Shown here one piece after another: positions 55,339 to 64,000 of a stretch of 64,000 bases of DNA. A program made the translations under genes and the position numbers. Source of the stretch: an uncultured Chloroflexia bacterium (lineage in GTDB: Bacteria; Chloroflexota; Anaerolineae; B4-G1; SLSP01); assembly GCA_963751345.1 (NCBI GenBank), contig CAVVUS010000018.1, forward strand, positions 128,001 to 192,000, given 5' to 3'. Under the pieces are notes generated by a model, which saw nothing but the letters and a program-made list of their open reading frames with translations, did not search any database and was not told the origin of the DNA. The number at the start of each line of letters is the position of its first letter. The stretch's first letter is position 1.

Positions 55339-56763
55339 ATGCCTGAGGTCATCCCTCTCCCGGAGCCATCCACGGTATCACCTACACAACAGGTCGGCGG
55401 GACCCGGACACCGGGTCCCGCCGATTTTGCTTGTGGAACTGCCGTCCCCGCCCATTCTGACGGAAGGGGGGGTGGGGGTGGGGGCGCACTCTACCAACGG
55501 CGCAACTTCCGATTGGGTGTGATCAACGGCGCGCTCTTTCGGATCGGTGACGTCTTTGTCGACACCGATATGGTGCTGACGTGGTTTCTCGCACAACTCG
55601 GGTCGTCGAATCTGTTGATCGGCCTGGTCTCCCCGATCCGGTTCGGCGGATCGTTCCTTCTGCAGATGCTGGCCTCAGGCTACATGCAGCGCCAGCCCTA
55701 CAAGCTGCCCTTCTATCGTACGATCTCGGTCTTCCGTAGTGCAGCGCTTCTGGTCTTCGCGCTGCTCGTGGCGGTGGTCCCCGTCAGCAGCCCCTGGCTG
55801 ACCTTTGCCTTCTTCGTCGTCTTGACCCTCTTCAGCCTGGGGGCCGGCCTGGTCAGCATCCCGTTTATGGACGTAGTTGGGAAGGTGGTGCCGCCGCGGC
55901 GGCGGGGCGCCTTCTTCGGACAGCGTATGTTCTGGGGCGGGATCCTGGCACTCGCCGGGAGTTCGGTCGTGGGCTTGCTGCTCGCGGAACCGGATGGCCT
56001 GCACTTTCCGCTGAACGTCTCGGTGATGTTCATTCTGGCGGCGGTACTGATGGGCGTGACCGCCTGGTCGTGGGTCCTGGTCAAGGAACCGCCGAGCCCG
56101 ATCGAGGATGCGGAGACGTCTTCGGGGGATGGGTGGGGGCAGTTGCGGCGGGGGTTGTCGCTTCTGAGGGAGGATCCCCTCTACCGGCGCTACGCTGTGG
56201 TGCGGTTTGCGCTGCTGATCGCCGACTGGGGTACGCCCTTCTATATCGTCTATGCGAGGAATGTGCTGGGGGTTCCCGCGACGATGGTGGGACTCTACCT
56301 CGCCGTACGTACCGTGGCGATGATCTTCTCTAACCTGGCGTGGGGTCGCGTGAGCGATGACCGGGGGAACCGCAGGCTCATCAGGATGACCACGGTGGTT
56401 GGCATCATCACGCCGCTATTGGTGCTGGGGCTGGGCTGGATCCACCGCACGGTTCCCGGCGCGACCACCTGGCTGAGGTACGCCTTTGCCCTCGTCTTTT
56501 TGACGGCGGGGACCTACAGCTCGGGTTCGGGTATTGGGCTCATCAACTACCTGCTGGATATCGCGCCCGACGAGAAGCGCCCGCTCTACCTGGCATTCAA
56601 CAACACGCTCTTCGGGCTGGCGCGGTTCCTGGCGATGGCCAGCGGCCTGATCGTGGACTGGGCGGGCTACGAAGTATTGCTGGCGATCGGCTTCGTCTTC
56701 TACTGTCTCGCTCTGGTGCTCTCGCGTACGATGGCGGAGCCACGCACTACGGCAAGTGGGTGA
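55339..56763 (+). CDS. MFS transporter
   Basis: About 12 TM segments, DVVGKVVPPRRRGAFFG, WGRVSDDRGNR, LLDIAP..RPLY; start uncertain. Confidence 0.88.
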   Translation: MPEVIPLPEPSTVSPTQQVGGTRTPGPADFACGTAVPAHSDGRGGGGGGALYQRRNFRLGVINGALFRIGDVFVDTDMVLTWFLAQLGSSNLLIGLVSPIRFGGSFLLQMLASGYMQRQPYKLPFYRTISVFRSAALLVFALLVAVVPVSSPWLTFAFFVVLTLFSLGAGLVSIPFMDVVGKVVPPRRRGAFFGQRMFWGGILALAGSSVVGLLLAEPDGLHFPLNVSVMFILAAVLMGVTAWSWVLVKEPPSPIEDAETSSGDGWGQLRRGLSLLREDPLYRRYAVVRFALLIADWGTPFYIVYARNVLGVPATMVGLYLAVRTVAMIFSNLAWGRVSDDRGNRRLIRMTTVVGIITPLLVLGLGWIHRTVPGATTWLRYAFALVFLTAGTYSSGSGIGLINYLLDIAPDEKRPLYLAFNNTLFGLARFLAMASGLIVDWAGYEVLLAIGFVFYCLALVLSRTMAEPRTTASG

Positions 56764-56815
56764 CGAAACCTTTGGCGCCATCGTAGGCATAGGATGGCCA
56801 GCCAGGTCCGGCGCA

Positions 56816-56843
56816 TTGACCGCCGGGGGACGTTAGTTATACT
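56816..56843 (+). promoter_or_regulatory. promoter directly before the NAGPA gene
   Basis: TTGACC (56816-21), 16-bp spacer, TATACT (56838-43). Confidence 0.5.
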
Positions 56844-56852
56844 TCCCCGAGA

Positions 56853-57695
56853 ATGGGAACGACCTCTCGATTCATCCTTATGGCAGGGCTCCTGCTTGCG
56901 CTGGCAACCGGCTGCGGGGCGCTGCCGGCTCTGACGCAGACCCCACCTGGGCCACCTGTGCCCACGCTCGTGCCGACGGCATTCCCTCAACCCACCATCA
57001 CCCCGTTGCCTCCTGATACGGGGTGGCAGCTACTCTATTCGGGCGTCGAGGTGCGCAGCGTCAACGTACCTGACGACCAGGGGACGGAACGGGTGACCGT
57101 GGCGCGGGCGGATCCGGCGGCTGTGACGTTCCGAGCCCTCTATACGCCCGGCGTGGCCTATCCGGCGAGCGTGTGGGCGCGCCGGACCGGGGCGCTGCTT
57201 GTGGTCAACGGCGGGTATTTTGCCGATGCGGACACTGTGACCGGTCTGACGATCGTCGACGGTGCGGCCTACGGCACGCCATACGGGGACTTTGCCGGGA
57301 TGTTTGCGGTGGGAGCGGACGGCGGGGCGTCGGTGCGCTGGCTGCGCACCTGGCCCTACGATCCGGCGGAAGGGCTGGTGAGCGCCGTGCAGAGCTTCCC
57401 GGTGCTGGTAAAGCCGGGAGGCGAGATGGGTTTTCCGGCGAATGCCGACGACGGGCGGCCTTCACGCCGTACGGTGGTGGCCCAGGACCGGCAAGGACGG
57501 CTCCTGTTCCTGATCGCGCCGCGGGGTTACTTGGACCTCCACGCGCTGGCGGTCTGGCTCGCCGGGAGTGACCTCGACGTGGACGTGGCGCTCAACCTCG
57601 ATGGCGGCACGTCGTCAGGATTCTGGATGGCGGACGGCCCGCAGATCGAGTCGCTGATTCCCGTGCCGGCGGTGATCGGCGTCTTTGCGCGGTGA
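56853..57695 (+). CDS. phosphodiester glycosidase (NAGPA/EpsL) family lipoprotein
   Basis: Lipobox-like LATGC, VNGGYF, RRTVVA, ALNLDGGTSS. Confidence 0.85.
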   Translation: MGTTSRFILMAGLLLALATGCGALPALTQTPPGPPVPTLVPTAFPQPTITPLPPDTGWQLLYSGVEVRSVNVPDDQGTERVTVARADPAAVTFRALYTPGVAYPASVWARRTGALLVVNGGYFADADTVTGLTIVDGAAYGTPYGDFAGMFAVGADGGASVRWLRTWPYDPAEGLVSAVQSFPVLVKPGGEMGFPANADDGRPSRRTVVAQDRQGRLLFLIAPRGYLDLHALAVWLAGSDLDVDVALNLDGGTSSGFWMADGPQIESLIPVPAVIGVFAR

Positions 57696-57794
57696 TCCTC
57701 CAACCTCAAAACACCTTTGTGATGATGGCTTGCGGTGGCGCAAGATGTCTCACTGTTATTCAAGTGGGATGGCTGAGGTATGAGCGGATCGGCG

Positions 57795-59915
57795 CTACGG
57801 GGCGACCACTATCTGGCCCAGGTCAACGTAGTCACCAGCGGGCACGCCGTCTACATCAACCGGCAACCGTTCGCCTGAAAAGCGGTACATCCCGGCGCGC
57901 AGCATGTAGGTCCCCGGTGGTAAGTTGGAAGGCAGGAGGATGCCGTAACGGTCGACCACGATCTCCGCCTGATGCCAGGCCGTGGTAGGCAGAAAGCCGG
58001 CCTGCGGTTCCATATCCGTCTGCGCGACCAGTGCTCCTTGCGCGTCCACGAGGTGGATGAAGACCTTGAGCGGTTCGGTGGGCGTCTGATCCGCGCTCCA
58101 GAAGAGGGTGATGGGTACGATGTCGCCTGACCTCCAACTGTCTGTCGGAAGGTCGTAGCCGGTCAGCCGGATGGCGGCCCCCAACGTGACGTCGGATGTG
58201 GTGCTTGGCGCCTCTGCTGCCGGCGCAGCGGCATAGTGCGCGAGACGCACGGACGTGATCCACACCTCGCCGGCCTTGAAGGCTGTCCGGGCCAGGGTGC
58301 GCTCGATCGTGCGCTCGGGGTCGGATTCGGTGTCGCCCCAGTAAAGCACGAAGAGCCGTCCTCCCGAATGCGCTGCAACGATGTCGTCGACCCAGCGCTC
58401 TGCTTCTGCCTCCGTCGGCCGGTAGGGCGCCGGGTAGACCGGCAGGTCATCGCCCTGCGCCTCCCGGTAGTAGTAGGTGAAGACCTCCCACTGGTTGGGC
58501 GCGTCCAATAGCACGGCGTCGCCGGGCCGGCCCTCCGCTCGGATAAGCGCCGCGATGCTCCGGTAATCGTCCCGCCGGTAGGCCGGATCGTCGTAGAGGT
58601 GTTGGAGTGACCTGATCTGCGGCGGCATCAGCACGACAAGGAGCGCCAGCGCCGCAGCCTGGCTGAGGATTGGCGCGGAGCGCCCTGTGCTGCTGGTGTG
58701 CTTTCTCGACCATCCTTGGAGAGGGGCTGCCAGTGCGACGGCAAGCGGTGCCACGCTCACCATCAGGAACTTGAGGTAGGCCGGACGGTAGATGCCCGCC
58801 GTGGCGATGGCAGCCATAGGCACGATGGCCATACTTAGTGCGGCCCACAGCGCGAAGCGCGCGGTTGAACGCCTCGCCACGCGCAGCGAGATCCAGAGCG
58901 TCACCAGCGCCAGCACGGCGGCGCTAGTTATCACCGCCCAACCGACGGGATCGGGCAAAGTCACGCCGGCAAGCAGGGCCTGGGTCAGTGCCCCGACCGC
59001 CTTACCGGAGGCGAGGTCGGGGGGGCGCCAGTCGCCGGCCCTGAGCGCAATCGGTGCCCAGGGGAGAAAGACAAGAACCCCGAGGACGTGGGCGAGGAGC
59101 CAGAAGCCCAGCAGACGGCCATAAGTGTGGGCAACCGGCGTCTCGTGCTCTGATGCCTCACGTCTCGCCGTGCGAAGATAGCGGAGATTCTCGGGCATGG
59201 GCCTGCCTGCCTGAGCCGAGACCCCAGAGGTCTTCGCCGGCAGCGGGCGGACGGCGCCTACTAGCCAATAGAGGCCGAAGGCGGCGTTGAGCGCAGCAAG
59301 GGCGAGCGCGTAGGCATACTGGGTGTAGAGCCCCAGGGTGATAGCGGCGGCGAGGGCCAGGGCAGCCCATGTCGGCGGGCGCCCGCCGCGTCGAACCTGG
59401 TCGACGAGCCCCACTGCCGCCCACAACGTCAGGGCCGTCGCGAGGCCAAGCTGGGCATACATGCGGGCTTCCTGGCTGTAGTTGACGGCCAGGGGATGGA
59501 TGGCGGCAAGCGCCATCGCACCATACGTCGCGGCGCTGCCGGCAAGCGAAGTGCCGTGACGGATCGCTGACCGTCTCCTCGCCAATCGCCCGATCGCCCC
59601 CACCACTGCTACGATCAGCACGCCGCAGAGCGTCGAGTAGGCGCGGAGCGCGAACTCGGTTTCACCCGCTGCGGCCCGCCAGAGGTGCAGCAACAGGTAG
59701 TAGCCGGGTGGGTGGATGTCACCGGCGGCGCCCTCGATGATCAGGCGGATGGGACGCTCGACGAGCCGCGCTGTGTTGCCCTCGTCATTCCAGAACGATT
59801 GTAGCCCCAAGTTGTGGAAGCGTAGGGCCGTGGCGAGGAGCAGAAGGGCAAGAGGTAGCGCCAGGTGAAGGATCCATCCGGGGCTTCGACGGGCGCTCGG
59901 AGTTGGAGCGGTCAT
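57795..59915 (-). CDS. GT39/PMT-like membrane glycosyltransferase with extracellular C-terminal domain
   Basis: LRFHNLGLQSFWNDEG, DIHPPGYYLLL, YSQEARMYA, YTQY, VFIHLVD..PTTAW..GTYMLRAGMY. Confidence 0.85.
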   Translation of the reverse strand: MTAPTPSARRSPGWILHLALPLALLLLATALRFHNLGLQSFWNDEGNTARLVERPIRLIIEGAAGDIHPPGYYLLLHLWRAAAGETEFALRAYSTLCGVLIVAVVGAIGRLARRRSAIRHGTSLAGSAATYGAMALAAIHPLAVNYSQEARMYAQLGLATALTLWAAVGLVDQVRRGGRPPTWAALALAAAITLGLYTQYAYALALAALNAAFGLYWLVGAVRPLPAKTSGVSAQAGRPMPENLRYLRTARREASEHETPVAHTYGRLLGFWLLAHVLGVLVFLPWAPIALRAGDWRPPDLASGKAVGALTQALLAGVTLPDPVGWAVITSAAVLALVTLWISLRVARRSTARFALWAALSMAIVPMAAIATAGIYRPAYLKFLMVSVAPLAVALAAPLQGWSRKHTSSTGRSAPILSQAAALALLVVLMPPQIRSLQHLYDDPAYRRDDYRSIAALIRAEGRPGDAVLLDAPNQWEVFTYYYREAQGDDLPVYPAPYRPTEAEAERWVDDIVAAHSGGRLFVLYWGDTESDPERTIERTLARTAFKAGEVWITSVRLAHYAAAPAAEAPSTTSDVTLGAAIRLTGYDLPTDSWRSGDIVPITLFWSADQTPTEPLKVFIHLVDAQGALVAQTDMEPQAGFLPTTAWHQAEIVVDRYGILLPSNLPPGTYMLRAGMYRFSGERLPVDVDGVPAGDYVDLGQIVVAP

Positions 59916-60686
59916 AGGAGCTTCGTGTCTGAGTGGTGTCCGCCGGAGTCTCCCTCTCCGGCTCCACCCTGGAGCGGGGGGGATCGGAGACCGGCTCTGC
60001 TCCCTCCGGATCAGGAGGAGGGCCCGAGCCTGCAGGGTGTCCGAGCCTGCGCGAGTGTCCTCCGGTTCGTCACGGTGGAGAGCTTGCCAGATTTTGCGCT
60101 CGGGGATGGCCCCACGGCGTACAATCACCGGCGGGTCGGGAATGCAGTCGACAATGGTGGAAGGGATGCCGTAGGGTGTGCGCCCGCCGTCGAGGATAAG
60201 CGCGATGTCGTCAGGGAAGAGGGCCGCAGCCTCCTGGGCGGTGATGGCGGGCGAATAGCCGCTGCGAATGGCGCCGGTAATGAGCAGATGGCCTCCGCAC
60301 GCCTCCAGGATGGGGGACAGCGCCGGGTATGCCGGGACGCGCACAGCGATGGGCGTCGCTTTGGCGTACGCGAGTATGTCTGCGACGGGCGGAACGATCA
60401 GGGTGAGCGAGCCGGGCCAGAATCGTCGGGCCAGCTTGAGCGCAGCGAGGCCGGGCCGTGCGATACGGAGCATTTCACCCTCGTCGCTGATGAGGAAGGG
60501 GAGCGCCGGCTCGGGTTCACGGCCCCGGACCTTGCTCAGACGATGGATCGTTGAAGCGTCCACCATCGTCGTTGCGATGCCATAAATGGTGTCGGTTGGC
60601 ACGATGACGAGCTCGCCCGCACGCATCAGGGCGACGGCACGTGCTACGGCTTCCGAGCTGCGGACTGAGAGGATGGGTGCGGTCAC
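59916..60686 (-). CDS. Sua5/YrdC/YciO (TsaC-like) domain, in one open frame with the downstream GT39
   Basis: GELVIVPTDTIYG, FWPGSLTL, IAVRVP, ILDGG..GIPSTIVD, VRRGAI; GTG 60686 overlaps the HAD stop; no stop before the GT39. Confidence 0.8.
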
Positions 60687-61492
60687 AGAGCCTCCGTCTC
60701 CGCAAGCACGTAGCGCTCCAGGATCGCTGCGGCGCCATCGTCTTCGAGCGGAGGCGCGACCCAGTCTGCGGCGGCGATGACATCGTCGACAGCATTGCCG
60801 ATTGCCACACCGGTGCCGGCCCACGTGATCATGGATAGATCGTTGTGCTGGTCGCCGGCAGCAAGGATGGCTTCGCGAGGGATGCCGATCCGGTCGGCGA
60901 GCCAGGCCAGGGCACTGCCTTTGCTGACGTTCTTGGGTACGACCTCGATGAAGTTGGCGTGGGATTGGATGATGTCGGCTGCTTCCCCGAATTCGGATGT
61001 CAGCCGCGCCGTGATTGCCGGAATGGCCTCAGGGTCGGCGATGTAGAGGACCTTGTCTGCCGTGTGGCCAGATAAAAGCGAGGCTAGATCCGGTTCGACA
61101 ATTGGATTGGGACCGAGCATTTGCTCATAGTAGCGTCGTGGGTACTTTTCGGCATCGATGTACAACTGGCCCTCGACGAAGAACGCCATATGCCAGCCCA
61201 GCGCGACCCCAAGGTCGATGGCCCTCCGCGCTTCAGTGCTGGGAAGTGCGGCACGATAGAGGACCGGAGCATCCAGCGCCTGGATCCAGCCGCCCTGATA
61301 GCAGATCAGTGGTGCAGTGAGGTTGAGGCTGCGGGCAAAGGGCGCCGTGGCCGAGAACATTCGCCCGGTGGCCAGGGTGACGATCACGCCGCGCTCAAGG
61401 GTGGCGGCAATAGCACGTCTCACCTCCGGCCGGATCACCTGATGGCTGTCCATCAAGGTCCCGTCGAGGTCGAAGGCGATAAGGCGGATCAT
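60683..61492 (-). CDS. Cof-type HAD-IIB hydrolase
   Basis: AFDLDGTL, LATGR, SKG, AGDQHND, EDDGAA. Confidence 0.92.
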   Translation of the reverse strand: MIRLIAFDLDGTLMDSHQVIRPEVRRAIAATLERGVIVTLATGRMFSATAPFARSLNLTAPLICYQGGWIQALDAPVLYRAALPSTEARRAIDLGVALGWHMAFFVEGQLYIDAEKYPRRYYEQMLGPNPIVEPDLASLLSGHTADKVLYIADPEAIPAITARLTSEFGEAADIIQSHANFIEVVPKNVSKGSALAWLADRIGIPREAILAAGDQHNDLSMITWAGTGVAIGNAVDDVIAAADWVAPPLEDDGAAAILERYVLAETEAL

Positions 61493-61495
61493 GTA

Positions 61496-62485
61496 CTACT
61501 GCATCAACAGGATCGAGACCACGGCTGCCCAGAGGCTGGCCATAGCGGCGAGGAGACCGCTCCAGAGAAAGTAGGCGAGCGCGCGCTCGCGTTGGTAGAA
61601 GAAGAGACCCAATGTGCTGTCGATGACGGCAAAGATTGTCCCTACCAGTGCGATATAGAAGATGCGCGCCGGGTTGGTCACGAGCAGGGGCGTGCCGGAT
61701 GAGGTGAATCGCAGAGCGATCTGGCCGGGCAGATAGGGGTATCGCCAGCAAAGCACACCCACGAGCAGGATGAGCAGCGTGAAGCTGCCGCCGAGCATGA
61801 TCAGCGCCCAGCGATCGTGCCAGATCGGCCAATCCAGAAACTTGGGATGGCTCGATCGCTCCTCGATCTCCTGGGTGGGCCCCATCTCCAGTCGCTCGCG
61901 AAGCGCGACGAGAAACTCCTCCTTGTCTGCGGGGGAGATGCCGTAAGCCACACCTTGGGTGCGAACGACGACCTGCTTCTTGGGCGCTGCCGTGGCGTAG
62001 AATAGGATCGGGCGCCGATTCTCCGAGGGCTCTCGCTCGTCCACTGAGCCGGCCTCGACCGGTGACGCCTCCGCTTGATTGTCGTCGCCCCCGCCGTCAA
62101 GGCCGAGCGGGGTGCTGCCCAGTGCGACGAAGTAGCCGGGCCATCGCAGGCTCAGCCGCACGCTCAGGCCTGCCAGTTTTTCGCCCGAAATCACCTCGCG
62201 AACCGACCCCATCGGGATCTGATGCTCTACCGGGCCCCAGTGAAGGGTTAGTGCATTGCGATCCAGTTCATAGCTTGCGTTGATAAGCTCCCAGACCTGG
62301 TAGACGATGCGGATGGCGAGGCCCAGGGTCAGACACGCTCCGACGGCCAGCAGGAATACCCAGATGGAGAGGGGGGTGACCATGGCGGTGACGATGAGTC
62401 CCACGGTCGCCGCGATCGCGATGACGGCCAAGGCAAGGCCGAAGATCCAGCCCTTGCGGATTTCGAGGCGCCAAGTGTTGTCCAC
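61496..62485 (-). CDS. membrane protein with bacterial PH-like domain
   Basis: Two TM segments, then YELDRNALTLHWG..IPM..YGISPADKEEF, then YPYLP..IALRF and three TM segments (DUF1648-like). Confidence 0.65.
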   Translation of the reverse strand: MDNTWRLEIRKGWIFGLALAVIAIAATVGLIVTAMVTPLSIWVFLLAVGACLTLGLAIRIVYQVWELINASYELDRNALTLHWGPVEHQIPMGSVREVISGEKLAGLSVRLSLRWPGYFVALGSTPLGLDGGGDDNQAEASPVEAGSVDEREPSENRRPILFYATAAPKKQVVVRTQGVAYGISPADKEEFLVALRERLEMGPTQEIEERSSHPKFLDWPIWHDRWALIMLGGSFTLLILLVGVLCWRYPYLPGQIALRFTSSGTPLLVTNPARIFYIALVGTIFAVIDSTLGLFFYQRERALAYFLWSGLLAAMASLWAAVVSILLMQ

Positions 62486-62490
62486 CCCGC

Positions 62491-63102
62491 CTAAAGCTCC
62501 TGGCGAGACTCTAGCGCCCTTGAGAGGGTGACGGCGTCAGCGTACTCAAGGTCGCCCCCCACGGGAAGTCCACGACCCAGACGGGTCACGCGGACACCCA
62601 AGGGTTTGAGGCGCTGCACCAGGTAAGCTGCCGTGTAGTCGCCCTCGCTCGTCGGGTTGGTGGCGAGGATCACCTCGGCAATGTCGCCTTCGCGCACCCG
62701 TTTCTCTAGCTCGGTGATGCGTAGATCCTCGGCAAAGATGCCCTCAAGGGGTGAGAGGGCACCGTGGAGCACGTGGTAGACCCCGCGATAGCTCTCGGTA
62801 CGTTCGAGCGAGAGCACGTCCATAGGTTCCTCGATGACGCAGATGATCCGCTGATCACGGGCGGGATCGGCACAAATTGGGCAGGGGTCGGCCTCCGTGA
62901 CGTTGTAGCAGACGGAACAGAAACGTGTATGGTTGACCAGTCCCTGGAGGGTTTCCGAGAGACGTAGCGCCAGTTCGGACTTGCCGCGCAGCAGGAAGAA
63001 TGCGAGGCGCGAGGCCGTCTTGGGTCCGATGCCGGGGAGTTCGGCAAAGGTGTCGATCAGTTGGGTGACCGATGGTGGAATTGCAGCGTTTGGCATGGTC
63101 AA
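62491..63102 (-). CDS. recR: recombination mediator RecR
   Basis: LPGIGPKTA, CSVC..CPIC zinc finger, YHVLHG, EVILATNPTSEG, GLPVGGDLEYAD. Confidence 0.97.
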   Translation of the reverse strand: MTMPNAAIPPSVTQLIDTFAELPGIGPKTASRLAFFLLRGKSELALRLSETLQGLVNHTRFCSVCYNVTEADPCPICADPARDQRIICVIEEPMDVLSLERTESYRGVYHVLHGALSPLEGIFAEDLRITELEKRVREGDIAEVILATNPTSEGDYTAAYLVQRLKPLGVRVTRLGRGLPVGGDLEYADAVTLSRALESRQEL

Positions 63103-63133
63103 AATGGCGAATTTTGCGCTGGGGCCGGGGTCT

Positions 63134-63478
63134 CTAGAGCCCCGGGATACCCAGTCCGCCGGTCAGGGCTGACAAGCGGTCTGCCACCATAGCTTGGGCC
63201 TTCTGAATGCCCTCGTTGACGGCTGCCAGGATCAGGTCTTGGAGCATCTCGACGTCTTCAGGATCAACGACCTCCGGGTCAATCGTGATGCTCTGGACCT
63301 CCAGAGCGCCGTTGATAGCCAGGCCGATCATACCGCCACCGGCAGTTACCTCAACAACTTCCTTGTTGGCCTCTGCCTGGATGCTTTCCATCTGTGATTG
63401 CATTTGCTGAACCTGGCGCATGAGGTTCTTGGGGTCCATCCCGCCACCTCTGCCGTAGCTGCTTCCTCGACGTGACAT
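63134..63478 (-). CDS. ybaB: YbaB/EbfC nucleoid-associated protein
   Basis: QVQQMQ, TAGGG, IDPEVVDPEDVEMLQDLILAAVN; lies between dnaX and recR. Confidence 0.95.
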   Translation of the reverse strand: MSRRGSSYGRGGGMDPKNLMRQVQQMQSQMESIQAEANKEVVEVTAGGGMIGLAINGALEVQSITIDPEVVDPEDVEMLQDLILAAVNEGIQKAQAMVADRLSALTGGLGIPGL

Positions 63479-63517
63479 CGTGTCTCCTTGGGATACTGGG
63501 TGCCCTGAAGGGCAGTC

Positions 63518-64000
63518 TTATTTGTTGACCCGAGCGACCGCGCCCAGTTCCTCCTGGGCACGGCGGATAAGTTCATCTTCTTCCACCGGTACGGCGCTGG
63601 ATCCTCGTTTTGTGCTCGTCCCGGTGGATGCTCTACCGGATGTCCCGGGTGGGCTCCAGTTCTCTGCCAGCAAGCAGTGGAGGGTAACGATCTGGCCGAG
63701 GTTGCGGCTCAGGATATCTTCCACCTTGCGCAGGTTAGGTTCTTGCGCGACCTTCTCGCAGTGGAAGCTGTGTTGGAAGGCTAACACAATCCTCCCCTCC
63801 TGATCGACACCACCCACCGAGGCATCCCGGAGGAGCGCTCCTAGCATCACGGGTTCCACCTGCTTGATGACCTCAGACCAGTTGGCCTGAATGGAACTCA
63901 GCGCGGCTTCATCGAGGGCCGTCACCGTGCCCGTGGACGCCGGCGCCGACGTGGGCGGTTCTGAGGCCTGTGGGACCGCGTGATTGGACTCGGTCGTCCT
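63518..64000 (-). CDS. dnaX: DNA polymerase III gamma/tau, C-terminal part (truncated by window end)
   Basis: IQANWSEVI..ALLRD..IVLAF..FHCEKV..EDELIRRAQEELGA; canonical dnaX-ybaB-recR synteny. Confidence 0.75.
   Translation of the reverse strand, partial: RTTESNHAVPQASEPPTSAPASTGTVTALDEAALSSIQANWSEVIKQVEPVMLGALLRDASVGGVDQEGRIVLAFQHSFHCEKVAQEPNLRKVEDILSRNLGQIVTLHCLLAENWSPPGTSGRASTGTSTKRGSSAVPVEEDELIRRAQEELGAVARVNK

Overview
GC-rich bacterial window, most consistent with an anaerobic Chloroflexota (Anaerolineae-like) genome. This is inferred from T-box leaders, type-2 IleRS, tungsten AOR, Tat-lipoprotein SBP and a GT39 membrane glycosyltransferase. Many genes, including essential pheT and ileS, are split by single-base indels, and an A/G homopolymer block sits at 721-862, so this looks like an error-prone long-read assembly. 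Bases 1-26.5 kb form a plus-strand carbohydrate/sulfate-ester catabolic island (GH29, GH116, GH172/DUF2961, GH2, three sulfatase-fold enzymes, MmgE/PrpD, esterases, sugar ABC uptake, oxidoreductases, DHDPS-like aldolase, UroD-family protein, MFS). Bases 26.7-33.4 kb hold tgt, map, DUF59 and a Phe T-box with pheST. Bases 33.4-52.2 kb (minus strand) hold a two-gene ABC exporter, tldD/tldE, an Ile T-box with ileS, three peptidase-like genes, korAB-type OFOR and two phosphatases. Bases 53-64 kb hold moaD/AOR, MFS, a NAGPA lipoprotein and the dnaX-ybaB-recR operon, which ends in a TsaC-like/GT39 open frame. The most notable signals are: (i) a composite palindromic element found intergenically and in-frame inside pheT, plus further hairpin-coded peptide inserts; (ii) ACGT arrays with 8-bp period at three gene junctions; (iii) an IleRS2 with GVHH instead of HIGH; (iv) a Thr-nucleophile sulfatase-fold enzyme; (v) a degenerate TsaC in one frame with a GT39. 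No rRNA, tRNA, CRISPR array or transposase was seen.
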